From positions 1 through 63,608 of the forward strand of contig DATMOG010000046.1 in the NCBI GenBank assembly GCA_035568375.1: 63,608 bases of DNA, given 5' to 3'. A program made the translations under genes and the position numbers. Under the pieces are notes generated by a model. That model had not been told where the DNA came from. It ran no database searches and saw nothing but the letters and a program-made list of their open reading frames with translations. Of this stretch, positions 29,840 to 39,311 are shown piece after piece (within the stretch, counting starts at the first letter, position 1; each line of letters starts with the position of its first letter). The DNA comes from Candidatus Sulfotelmatobacter sp. (lineage in GTDB: Bacteria; Patescibacteriota; Microgenomatia; Levybacterales; UBA12049).

Positions 29840-32800
29840 ATGGCAGTACTAACAGAAATAAGACCAGAAACATATAAGGTATCTTCAAGCTCTTTTGCGC
29901 ATGAAAAAAAAACGAAACCTGTTATTTCTTTTCAACCAAGAAATTTTGAGGATATTCGAAGAGAAGAAGGGGTAGCCCTTGGATCTGTGAAGGTTGATTA
30001 TACGTATAAAAATGGTAAGAAAGAGACTGTTCAGTTGGCACCAGGAACATTTGTTCTACAAAGAGAGTACTTACCTGCTCTGCGAGCTCTTTGTGCTATT
30101 GTTGCTATTGACCCTCCTGGATATCTGGAAGCAGAAAGAACTTCAGCCGTTTTTAAAAATGAAATAAATCCACAGGTTGTGAATGAAGAAGCCTTAGTAC
30201 AAGACTTTGGAGATCGAGTAATCCCTGCACTTTTTTATATACAAAATAAGGCTGAACAATATCATTTTGACGATGAACTTGCACAATTTTTGCTTGATAG
30301 AACACCTGAAGGAACAAGAAGAGCTGAGGAATTTTTAGCAACTGCACGCGGTCCACAAAATGAATACGATGAGAAGGGTAACCTTATAAAGAGCATGTCT
30401 GATAGTTGCTCTAATGTGATTGGTACAGTTGCTGGTAAACCATATAGAATACACCCTCATGGAAAAATTAACGGCAATGATAAGATAGCTCTTGCGATAC
30501 TTGCTCTTGCCGGTGATGATCGAGCAGCGCGATTTGCAGGAATTTTAACTGAAAACAATCCTGACTTAGCTACAGTTCCTTTTGGGGAAAGAGCTGCAAG
30601 AATGGCTGAGATAACTCTTACAAGAGGCATGCATGAGAACGATCAGGTAGAGATAGAAACGATGACAGTTGCTGGTGAAGCCTATGCAACAGCGTCTGTT
30701 CTTGCTGCCTTTGTTCACAATCCACAAGAAGCAGTAACAGCCAAACAGTTTGAGATTCTTTCTCGAGAAAAAATTGTTGGGAAACGAGATATTTTTATTG
30801 AGCAGCCACCTGAATTGCAAAAAGCTGATGAAGCACTTGAAAATGCATTGGTCCAAGCATTAAAAAGCATTAGAGCAGAAACTGGCGGTAAGTCGGATAA
30901 CTGGAGAGGGGCTTTGGCTAAATTGTTTGATGATGCTATTGCACTTGAGACGATACAAAATGCACGGTTTAATCAACAGCCAGCCGATAAAAACGAAGCT
31001 AATATGCTAGCGACTATTGCTTTTGCTATTGAATTAGAATTACAGACTCGAGCTATCGAGGCAGAGAGAGTACCAACGACTGTGTTAGAAAAAGAAGCAA
31101 CACAGCATGCCACAGCGCTCCGAGAAGCGGGTTTTCGATATCCTCAGCATGGAATGGGTGAAGCAAGTAATACCATCAGGCATTTTGAATATGATAAACG
31201 TACAAAACAATGGATTCGTTGTGAGTCACATTCTCATGAAACAAAAGAATTATTGTTGCAAGCAAGTCAAAAAGTGGTTGCACCTCTTAAAGAAATAGCC
31301 GGAAGAACTGAGGTAAAAGCTTATCAACAAAAAATGCAACAAATCAAACCAGGAGGAAGTGCTCAACAAGAACCACGAAATCATGCCCATAAAGAGCACG
31401 ATCATGAAAAGCTTTCCGAACAGGAAGTCAGGATGCTTAAGGCAGTTAATAGCCTTCGTGTTCCTAAAGAGACGGAAGCGCTTGATAGTAAAGAAGCATG
31501 GAAGGATCGTATGCAGCAAGTTGCAGAAACAACTGTTCATATTGCTTCTCTTTCCGATACTCCAGAAGCAGAAGCTGTTCGTACGAAATTTAATGAACAA
31601 TTATTTTATGGTGTTATCGATGAGGCGAGTTTGAGAGAAAGACCTTCGGATGCTTTACGTGCAAGAAGAGAAGAGTTAACGAATATGGTTACCCAAAGTC
31701 TGAAAGAGGTAAGGGCAAAAAGTTCAGTAGCATCAGAGGTTATTGCGCTTACGATAGCAAAAGCGATGGAATCTTCGATTCAAGCGATTATTTTTGGAGA
31801 CAAATTGCCAACAATTAATCAAATTACACCAAAAGATACTAAATTTGTTATTTCCGTATTAGCATATGCTCTTGCATTAGAAACGCAACCTGAAGCCGTT
31901 GTTAAAACGGAAAAAGAGCAGAACATTATTAAACTGGCAAAAGAAATTAATGAGCAGTTTGGCGCCTATGCCATGAATCCGAGTAAACACGAGAAGGGTG
32001 CATTTCATTTTAATGAAAGAATCAAAGGTGGTCAGAATGAGGCTGATCCTTGTCCAGATCATACAGCACAAAGTACCCAAACAGTAAACCAAATAAATCA
32101 ACAATCAAAACAGCTTGCCAATAATTCCAGACAACCTCAACGCAGAGAACCGAGAGTTTCAGAAAAACCAGTAATGAAAGGCGGATCTGAAGAGTACGGT
32201 ACTACCAAGAAGTTTGGGTCTTCTTCACATGATGCAAGTAGCCAACACACAGAATCCGTAGAATCAGGAGCTGTAGGACGGGGGCGTTCACCTGAGAGAC
32301 AAACAAGAAGAGTTGAAAGCGCTAAGACGGGACCCTCAGATAGTAACAGACTTGCTTCTGTGAGAAAGGCTATTCAAGAAGCAATAGCCTCCACAGATAG
32401 TAATGCATCTGCGAGAAAGGCTAATCAAGAAGCAACAGTTCCTTCTGTTACGTATACCTCATTTGATAACGATGCTCCTCTACATCCCAAACCTGATAAA
32501 AGAAGCAGTGGGTTTATGCGTGGTAAACTGAAGGAATTAACTCGTAAACGACGGAAATTACTCCAGGGAGTAACGACTGTAGCTTCTGGGGGTACTCCAT
32601 CCTTAGTGATACCTGTATTAGCACATTCTGAATCAGGAGCTTCACAAAAAGTGACTGCAATAAAGCCTCTGCGTTTGATAGAGTCTACCAAAGGTCAAAT
32701 GCCTGATAACGTTCCTGCTGGTGCTAAAAAAGATGCTCCCCTTACAGCACCAAATTTTTATGTGCGTTCACAGTTAAGAGTAAGAGAAACAGTAAAAGGA

Positions 32801-33694
32801 GCGTCAAAAGAACGTGTGGCAGTAGTTGTATCTCATACAGCTAGTGGAGCAACGACATCAGGGCATTTATCGACTCCTTCAGGCGACCCTAATAATGCAG
32901 AAAGAGTGGTAACGGTATCAGGAAAGACAAAATCAAAATTAGGTAATGCTGTAACTGGTAAGAAATCTGCTGAAAAAGGTCCTTTTTCTCCAAAAGCGCC
33001 CAAAACACTTAATTCCACCAGACAAGAAGGAAAAAGTCGATCGTTACCGGAAGAATCGAAAGTAACCGGAGAAACATTGGCACAAGCAGTGACTGACGTA
33101 CAGGTTAGTGAGGCAATTGCGAAAATGAATGCTGAAGTTGCAGAGCAGGCAGAAGAAACAGGGCAAACAGCACAAGGAGGAATAGCAGAAACAGTTGCAA
33201 GAACGACTCATGCAGGTGATTCAAAGGAACAGACAACATCGCATTCTGCGTCTGTTGATGCTGGTGTTGCAACGGAGATAGAAACACGAAATCAAAAAGG
33301 AGAGGGTGTTAAAGTGCGCCTTAACACTGCAAGAGATAGAGTTACAGCTTCGCAGTCAAGAACAGAAAATCAGCCTGTTGCAGATGCAGCAACAGGAAAT
33401 GGGCAAATAGCCGTAGCAGCATCAGGCACGAGTATGGTAAAAACAGTTGCGATAGGAACGCAAGAACGGGAAGCACAACTTACCAGTACTCCACCGCAAC
33501 CCCCTACTCCACCAACGGATAGAGTGAAGCGGGTAAAGAATAGACAAGGGCAAGGACATCAAACTGCAACACTTGCTGCTGCAGTAGCAGACACTAATAA
33601 AGTAGGTCCTGACGTAATAAGTATTAAAGAATTATTTAGAGCAAGATTGGCTGCAGCGCAACAGGCTCTAGAGACCGATTCCATAGCTGCCTAA
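29840..33694 (+). CDS. Giant orphan protein (1284 aa): helical repeat-containing N-terminal part and low-complexity C-terminal half
   Basis: Long uninterrupted ORF. No TM or signal peptide and no assignable catalytic motif. Internal module duplication. S/T/A/K/Q/E-rich tail with PPQPPTPPT. Confidence 0.7.
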   Translation: MAVLTEIRPETYKVSSSSFAHEKKTKPVISFQPRNFEDIRREEGVALGSVKVDYTYKNGKKETVQLAPGTFVLQREYLPALRALCAIVAIDPPGYLEAERTSAVFKNEINPQVVNEEALVQDFGDRVIPALFYIQNKAEQYHFDDELAQFLLDRTPEGTRRAEEFLATARGPQNEYDEKGNLIKSMSDSCSNVIGTVAGKPYRIHPHGKINGNDKIALAILALAGDDRAARFAGILTENNPDLATVPFGERAARMAEITLTRGMHENDQVEIETMTVAGEAYATASVLAAFVHNPQEAVTAKQFEILSREKIVGKRDIFIEQPPELQKADEALENALVQALKSIRAETGGKSDNWRGALAKLFDDAIALETIQNARFNQQPADKNEANMLATIAFAIELELQTRAIEAERVPTTVLEKEATQHATALREAGFRYPQHGMGEASNTIRHFEYDKRTKQWIRCESHSHETKELLLQASQKVVAPLKEIAGRTEVKAYQQKMQQIKPGGSAQQEPRNHAHKEHDHEKLSEQEVRMLKAVNSLRVPKETEALDSKEAWKDRMQQVAETTVHIASLSDTPEAEAVRTKFNEQLFYGVIDEASLRERPSDALRARREELTNMVTQSLKEVRAKSSVASEVIALTIAKAMESSIQAIIFGDKLPTINQITPKDTKFVISVLAYALALETQPEAVVKTEKEQNIIKLAKEINEQFGAYAMNPSKHEKGAFHFNERIKGGQNEADPCPDHTAQSTQTVNQINQQSKQLANNSRQPQRREPRVSEKPVMKGGSEEYGTTKKFGSSSHDASSQHTESVESGAVGRGRSPERQTRRVESAKTGPSDSNRLASVRKAIQEAIASTDSNASARKANQEATVPSVTYTSFDNDAPLHPKPDKRSSGFMRGKLKELTRKRRKLLQGVTTVASGGTPSLVIPVLAHSESGASQKVTAIKPLRLIESTKGQMPDNVPAGAKKDAPLTAPNFYVRSQLRVRETVKGASKERVAVVVSHTASGATTSGHLSTPSGDPNNAERVVTVSGKTKSKLGNAVTGKKSAEKGPFSPKAPKTLNSTRQEGKSRSLPEESKVTGETLAQAVTDVQVSEAIAKMNAEVAEQAEETGQTAQGGIAETVARTTHAGDSKEQTTSHSASVDAGVATEIETRNQKGEGVKVRLNTARDRVTASQSRTENQPVADAATGNGQIAVAASGTSMVKTVAIGTQEREAQLTSTPPQPPTPPTDRVKRVKNRQGQGHQTATLAAAVADTNKVGPDVISIKELFRARLAAAQQALETDSIAA

Positions 33695-33697
33695 GAT

Positions 33698-33970
33698 ATG
33701 AGAGCAACGAAGAAAAAATTTCGAGTTATTGTAAGACCGTTTATTCCGAGAAAAGTTCCCTATCAGATTCCAACGGCATTGGTTGATACGGTAATACAAG
33801 AAGCGCTTTCAAAATTGAAAAAAGTAGTCTATGTGGGGTGGAATAAAAGGGTGAGAGAGGGAAAAAAACAGTATTTCTTTTTTGTTGCCACTGGCGATAC
33901 GGGACCTGAGGCACGAAAAATATTTAAGACAAGTGAAAATTTTGGTGAAGATATTTGGCTGATCGAATAA
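33698..33970 (+). CDS. Small basic hypothetical protein (90 aa), translationally coupled to the giant ORF
   Basis: ATG 4 nt after the stop of the 1284-aa ORF. Basic N-terminus MRATKKKFRVIVRPFIPRK. Confidence 0.5.
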   Translation: MRATKKKFRVIVRPFIPRKVPYQIPTALVDTVIQEALSKLKKVVYVGWNKRVREGKKQYFFFVATGDTGPEARKIFKTSENFGEDIWLIE

Positions 33971-35929
33971 TTAAAATTCTACTCGCTCACCTTCTTTGAT
34001 TTCTTCATTTATGATCATCTCGGCAAGCTTATTTTCTATTGTATCCTGAACTAACCGGATCATTCCTCGAGCACCATAACGTGGATCGTGTCCTTCTTTG
34101 GCAAGATACTTCATTGTTTGTGTAGAAACGGAAAAGCCGATATTTCTTTTGGCTAATTCTTGCTGCAATTTTGCAATTTGTAACTCCCCTATTTTTTCAA
34201 GTGCCTCAGGAGATAATGAATTGAAGACAATAATGTCATCAAACCGGTTGATAAATTCGATACGGAAATAATCCTGCAAGATTTCCTTAAGTTCCTTTTC
34301 AATCTCTGTTTGTGTTTTTCCTTCCTCGATCAAATCTAGAATATCTTCAATACCAGCGTTACTGGTTGCTATAATGACGGTATTTTTGAAATCAACTACT
34401 TTCCCCTGCCCATCGGTAAGTCTTCCATCATCAAGAACCTGGAGAAAGATATCAAATATTCTTGGGTGTGCTTTTTCGATTTCATCAAGCAAAATGAGGT
34501 TATATGGTTTTGCTTTTATTGGATTCGTTAACTGTCCTCCTTCTTCAAAACCAATATAGCCAGGAGGTGCACCAATCATTCGTTGCACCGTGTGAGCTTC
34601 GGCAAATTCTGACATATCAAGTCTCACCATTGCTTCTTCATCACCAAATATTTCTTTTGCCATTGCTTTTGCAAGTTCTGTTTTGCCAACACCTGATGGA
34701 CCGACGAAAAGGAATGAGCCAATTGGTCTATTCTTTTTGCCGAATCCAAGTTTGGAGCGTTGGATTACTTTTGCAACTCTGGCAATGGCATCATCTTGTC
34801 CTTTGACTTTTGTTGTTAATTTATCAGGTAGTGCTGATAAATCTTTTTTATCCAAATCAGTAAGACTCCCGATAGGGATTGAGGTTTTTTCTGAAATGAT
34901 TACCCTGAGCATTTCAAGAGTAACGCTATGACTTGATTGTGTTTGTGCTAAAAACGCTGCTTCTTCAAGGAGATACATTCCTTTTGCAGGAAATGCTTGG
35001 TCAGGGATATATTGTTTGGCAAGGGAGATTAATTCTTTAATGAACTCTTTTTCCCATGTGACATGCAGTCGTTCATCGATTCGCTTTTGATGACTTGTCA
35101 GGATTTCTTTAATTTCCTGTGTCGAGGGTTCTTCAATAGTGATTACTTCAAAACGGGAGATAATGCCGGGATTTTCTGTAGCAAATTTTTTGTATGAACT
35201 TTCATTTGCCGTTCCAATAATTTGACAATTTTCAACAGCATATTTAATCTGTCCTGCTTCAAAGGTAAATAATTCATCCATAAAAAGGAGTGATTTTCTT
35301 CCAGCGGTACTACTAAGAATATTTACTACTTGATCCAAAAAAGCGCTATTGCCGGAAAAAAGCTGAAATACTTTTGTGTCTATTAAACGTGAGCGCAATG
35401 CCTGTGCAAGTGTTGTTTTGCCTACTCCCGTTTCTCCAACGAGTAATACGCTATTACGAAAGGTACGTTGTAATATCCTTATTATCTCGGCTATTTCTTT
35501 TTCTCTACCGAGAAAAGAGAGCGGTTCGGCAACATTTTCAACTTTATGCAGATTATGTAAAAGGATTTCTTTTAAGACACTTCGGTAGTCATGGGATGCT
35601 CCAAGTTCTTCCAGTCCTTTCAATGCTGCTAATAATACCACGTGTTCATCGTTAGTTGGACAATCAAGCAGTTGCCGTTGCAAGGCACAGTGGCGTTCTA
35701 AATGTGTTTCAGCGGAGAGAGTAGCAGGTTGTTTTGCATGAAACAATCTCCCTTTGTCATGAGCTTCTTCAAGTAATTCTTTAAGATGTTGCTTGACCGT
35801 TTCTGCTGAATCAAGGAGAGAAAAACTTTCTGTTTGTTCAAGTATTACAAGGGCAACTGTTGCGAAAAAAGCTCGCTCGTTGTCCCCTTGTGTTGCAGAT
35901 GCGTCTTTAATTATTGTTTGTATTGTCAT
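33971..35929 (-). CDS. Clp/Hsp100-family AAA+ ATPase (two nucleotide-binding domains, short ClpB/ClpC-like)
   Basis: D1 Walker A GETGVGKTT and Walker B LLFMDE. D2 Walker A GPSGVGKTE, Walker B LILLDEIEKAH, sensor GARGMIRLV. No ClpP-docking IGF loop recognised. Confidence 0.8.
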   Translation of the reverse strand: MTIQTIIKDASATQGDNERAFFATVALVILEQTESFSLLDSAETVKQHLKELLEEAHDKGRLFHAKQPATLSAETHLERHCALQRQLLDCPTNDEHVVLLAALKGLEELGASHDYRSVLKEILLHNLHKVENVAEPLSFLGREKEIAEIIRILQRTFRNSVLLVGETGVGKTTLAQALRSRLIDTKVFQLFSGNSAFLDQVVNILSSTAGRKSLLFMDELFTFEAGQIKYAVENCQIIGTANESSYKKFATENPGIISRFEVITIEEPSTQEIKEILTSHQKRIDERLHVTWEKEFIKELISLAKQYIPDQAFPAKGMYLLEEAAFLAQTQSSHSVTLEMLRVIISEKTSIPIGSLTDLDKKDLSALPDKLTTKVKGQDDAIARVAKVIQRSKLGFGKKNRPIGSFLFVGPSGVGKTELAKAMAKEIFGDEEAMVRLDMSEFAEAHTVQRMIGAPPGYIGFEEGGQLTNPIKAKPYNLILLDEIEKAHPRIFDIFLQVLDDGRLTDGQGKVVDFKNTVIIATSNAGIEDILDLIEEGKTQTEIEKELKEILQDYFRIEFINRFDDIIVFNSLSPEALEKIGELQIAKLQQELAKRNIGFSVSTQTMKYLAKEGHDPRYGARGMIRLVQDTIENKLAEMIINEEIKEGERVEF

Positions 35930-36042
35930 AGTGTAAACGAGAGCGTTCCATGTAATAACTGTTACCTGACTATTGGAATTTCGACAAACTGGCGGGTTGT
36001 ATTTTTAAACCTCAGGGTCTATAAATGCTACTCAATTGCATT

Positions 36043-36071
36043 AGTATATGCAATATGATTGCATTTGTCAA
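36043..36071 (-). promoter_or_regulatory. Promoter TTGACA-N17-TATACT with a Fur-type palindrome in the spacer, aimed at the Clp-like ATPase gene
   Basis: TTGACA (36066-71), TATACT (36043-48). Palindrome TATGCAATA-T-GATTGCATT at 36047-36065. The flank GCATTTGTCAAT.ATGA is shared with the 29.8-kb site. Confidence 0.55.
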
Positions 36072-36248
36072 TAATGAGTATTACTACGTTTTTGTACTCA
36101 GCAATTTTTGGCTCACTTCAATAATGGTTTTAATTTGGGATGAGATGGAGTTCTTTGATCAATCAAATAATGCTACTAAAAAAAGTAATTTTGAATTATA
36201 TGCTCTTTATGTATAAATTTTTGTATAGATGTACAAAAATTATTCTGG

Positions 36249-36719
36249 CTATACTGTAGTGAGCGGCTTTCTAGAAGCGGTTGTTAGGTGGCCATTAACT
36301 ATTTTAAAATCAATTACTGTTTCAGTTCCAGGTAATTGACCATTATGCTTTCCTGCTCTTGGAAAGAATATTATCAAAGGGTCATTAAGAGTCTTTGTAG
36401 GATTCTCATTTGCATCATTTTGCACTGATACGACTGCCTCTTGATTGCCACACGAGATAGCCTCTAAAGATACCTCCGGAGCTACTCTTACTACTTGCTC
36501 AGGAGTTTTTTGACATCCTCCATTATCTAGTAAGACTTCAGGAGGCGTACTCACTTCGGGAATTTGTGTTGTTTGGCAACTTCCCACTAATGCAAGTACA
36601 GCAGTACTTGTTACCAACCCTCTTCTAACAGATCCTGCTGGAATTACTTTGTCTTTAAATCTTTTGACAAGTTCTTTGCCTCTTCTCTTTTCTTTCATAA
36701 TTCTGTTGGATTCTATCAT
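36249..36719 (-). CDS. Putative lipoprotein (hypothetical)
   Basis: Basic N-terminus, hydrophobic stretch and lipobox-like LALVGSC. No other motif. Confidence 0.5.
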   Translation of the reverse strand: MIESNRIMKEKRRGKELVKRFKDKVIPAGSVRRGLVTSTAVLALVGSCQTTQIPEVSTPPEVLLDNGGCQKTPEQVVRVAPEVSLEAISCGNQEAVVSVQNDANENPTKTLNDPLIIFFPRAGKHNGQLPGTETVIDFKIVNGHLTTASRKPLTTV

Positions 36720-36818
36720 ATTATAAGATTAAATTCAATTTACCTAAGATCACCTATTATTTTTTCTCAACTTATATGTTTTGTTTTTGTTGTAAAATTA
36801 AATTGGAGTAATTTTTTT

Positions 36819-36986
36819 ATGCAGAGAACGCAAGAGCAAATACTGAAAGCCTATGAAGAAAAAAGTGAAGCAATTTTGCAAAAGATGGCGCAGGTTTTTC
36901 TGCGAGCCCAACGGAAAGTGGATGATAATGCCTATCGAGAGGCTTTGGAGAAAATAGAAAAAGAGACTCTGAAGGGAGGAAAGTAA
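36819..36986 (+). CDS. Candidate 55-aa small ORF coupled to the following gene
   Basis: Below the track cutoff. GGAG 12 nt upstream of the ATG. MQRTQEQILKAYEEKSEAILQKMAQVFLRAQRKVDDNAYREALEKIEKETLKGGK. The stop lies 2 nt before the ATG at 36989. Confidence 0.35.
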   Translation: MQRTQEQILKAYEEKSEAILQKMAQVFLRAQRKVDDNAYREALEKIEKETLKGGK

Positions 36987-36988
36987 GA

Positions 36989-38098
36989 ATGGCAGATGCA
37001 GAGGTACCTATTGAAGAACCAAGACCAAAAGGAGAATTAGAAACTGGAGCTGAGACCAGAACTTCTATTGCTGATCGATATACTAAGGTAAGAAAAGGAG
37101 TTGCAGAGAGGGCTCTTGGAATAAGACGTATTTTCCCTAGATTTGCTTCTTCTCAAGAAGTAACTGAATTAAACGAATTTGATGCAGAATTAAATACTAT
37201 TACTCAAGAAACATCATGGCAGTTAGGTAGCATGGGAGAAGAGGCTAATACACCAGCACAGAAGCAGGAAAGTGTAGCTGATCGTATTAGAAGAAGGATT
37301 ATGCTCCCCCCTAAAAGGAAAGCTTATATAGAAAAGAGTACGCCGCAAGATGAAGACCCTTTTTTCACTCCTGAAGAATATGCTACTCTAGCACAAGAGG
37401 CTTTGGTAGAGGGTCGTCATAAAAAAAGAGATCCTGGTTTAGTAGATCAGCTACATGTTGTTGGAAAGGATGATAATAAGCCATTTGATACTACAAGTGA
37501 GAATGATACAGAATCTCATCAACTTTTACATGCAGAGAGGCAACCAATAGCAGAAAATATAATTTCTCTGATGACCACAGATGGAGTTTCCTCTGAAGGA
37601 ATTTTGCAATTAGGAGAAAGACTGAAAGGTTCTCATGGAAAAGCTCTGGTGGTTGTCCATCCCTATTTTCAAGAGTTTAACGTTCGTACTTCAACTGAAG
37701 ATATGTATAAAGAATACCTTCAAAATTTATTAGATGAGGTGAGAGATTCTCAGGAACAAGAAATCCCGTTAGTGCTACTTGAGTGTTTCTATAATGCCGA
37801 TAAAATGCAAGAGATTCTAAATCGTATAGGAATGACTGATCGAGAAGTTTATCTTGTACAAACAGAGGCGTACTCCCCACAGCCGAAAAACGGTGTGCCT
37901 CTTGTTGCGCTTGCTTCTTTATTACATGCTAGCGGCTTAGAAGAAGCTAAAGTTATAGGTACTTTATATTGGGAGAGAGAGATTTCAGGTAAATATAAAG
38001 TTGACAGATACGGAGGATGCGCGGGAGAGACTAGAGAGAGGTTAACTGATGCAGGTGTTCGTGCTACAGTTGGGAGAGCTGTCTTAGCAGCATTATAG
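36989..38098 (+). CDS. Hypothetical protein (orphan, 369 aa)
   Basis: Long ORF with an acidic, disordered-looking N-terminal half and a structured C-terminal half (GKALVVVHPYFQEF...). No motif assigned. Confidence 0.6.
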   Translation: MADAEVPIEEPRPKGELETGAETRTSIADRYTKVRKGVAERALGIRRIFPRFASSQEVTELNEFDAELNTITQETSWQLGSMGEEANTPAQKQESVADRIRRRIMLPPKRKAYIEKSTPQDEDPFFTPEEYATLAQEALVEGRHKKRDPGLVDQLHVVGKDDNKPFDTTSENDTESHQLLHAERQPIAENIISLMTTDGVSSEGILQLGERLKGSHGKALVVVHPYFQEFNVRTSTEDMYKEYLQNLLDEVRDSQEQEIPLVLLECFYNADKMQEILNRIGMTDREVYLVQTEAYSPQPKNGVPLVALASLLHASGLEEAKVIGTLYWEREISGKYKVDRYGGCAGETRERLTDAGVRATVGRAVLAAL

Positions 38099-38411
38099 GA
38101 TAAAAGTAAACAAGTAGAAAACCCCTAGGGTTATTTGTTGCTATCTCGCAATCCATTTGACAATTTTTTACTTTCTACAGTTACTCTATACCGAGGTCTC
38201 CTATGTGGTGTCTTGACACAAAAGGCGCTTCTTTACTTTCGCTATCTGCTGTAGTTATGGTACAATGCTTTTCAATAACTGTATGGTAAAAAAAGTAGTA
38301 TCATTGCATGTCGTAGGCATGCCCCATATGACCAGGCTTCTGGATGTACATCGATTAACTGTGGATGGTTTTTAGGAACCAGAAATTGTTGAGTGAATTA
38401 GATAATCTAAA

Positions 38412-39071
38412 ATGAGTACTGAAAAAAACCAACCTGACTTAAGCTTCCTAGCACTCGATCATGCAAGACGTGTACAAGAAATGGAAACAGATTTTGCAAA
38501 ACGTGTAATAAATGGCACACCGGTGGAAGAGTATTATAATTACGGCGTAGCCTCTAGACTTGTGGAGGCAGAAGCAGATTTAGCTGGTATTACCCCAGGT
38601 GAGAACGTTTTATTTATCGGAAGTGGTCCATTTCCAAGTTCAGCCATATGTCTTGCTCGCCAACGTGACGTATCTGTTACTTGTTATGATCTCTCTTCTG
38701 ATGCTTACCAAATATCTACAGCAGTTATTGAGAAAATAGGATTGGCTGATAAAATTAAAGTAGCACAGGTATCAGGAGCAGATGGTAGTATGAGTGGCTA
38801 TGATGCTATCATTGTTGCGTTTGAATTGATGAATAAACCTGCTGTGTTAACAAATATTTTGGCTAATGTAGATCCCGACGCTAGGGTTATTATAAGATCA
38901 AGTGATGGGAATCGGAAGTCACTTTATCCTGCAGTTACTGATAAAGATCTTGCTGGTGGCATTACTAGGAAGGGATTAATACCTACCGGATCAAGGGTAA
39001 AACTGCCGGATTTTGATATTGCTTCTCGATGTTATATACGACCTTCTTCCTCCGGAAAAACTCAAACTTGA
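38412..39071 (+). CDS. Nicotianamine-synthase-like (NAS/CntL-like) SAM-dependent aminobutyryl-transferase family protein
   Basis: VLFIGSGPFPSSAICLA matches the NAS GSGPLP..S motif. YDAIIVAFELM and RSSDGNRKSLYPAVTDKDLAGG match the NAS C-terminal RSA.G.R.FLYP.V...DL.GF pattern. Recalled from memory, not searched. Confidence 0.55.
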   Translation: MSTEKNQPDLSFLALDHARRVQEMETDFAKRVINGTPVEEYYNYGVASRLVEAEADLAGITPGENVLFIGSGPFPSSAICLARQRDVSVTCYDLSSDAYQISTAVIEKIGLADKIKVAQVSGADGSMSGYDAIIVAFELMNKPAVLTNILANVDPDARVIIRSSDGNRKSLYPAVTDKDLAGGITRKGLIPTGSRVKLPDFDIASRCYIRPSSSGKTQT

Positions 39072-39311
39072 ATCGGGTAAATATAACTAAAAGAGATTCT
39101 CTGTTCTTACGTTGCCTTTGGTTGCAGCGGTACTATTTTTAGATGGTAGATTTTTTATTGAAATAGTATGTAGTATGCCAGAAGTTTTACGACCTGCACG
39201 ACCATTAGCAAAACACCTATCGAATATACTGGTGAGCTCCCTTTAAAAGGAATTCGTAACCATCCTTATAGACAACTCTTTACAGCAATTACTGTCTATA
39301 CTGCTGCTGTA

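Noticed and set aside
30153-33287. Antisense and out-of-frame ORFs inside the 1284-aa gene (30153-30356, 30566-30856, 31250-31600, 32425-32691 and others).
   Set aside because: They are nested in one long uninterrupted ORF and have low-complexity translations without start signals. They are most likely shadows.
38099-38411. Long spacer and putative approx 140-nt leader upstream of the NAS-like gene with the small hairpin GCATG-TCGTAG-GCATGC. This raised the idea of a riboswitch.
   Set aside because: I recognise no known riboswitch consensus (SAM, TPP, Mn, NiCo, czcD). The structure evidence is limited to one short hairpin.
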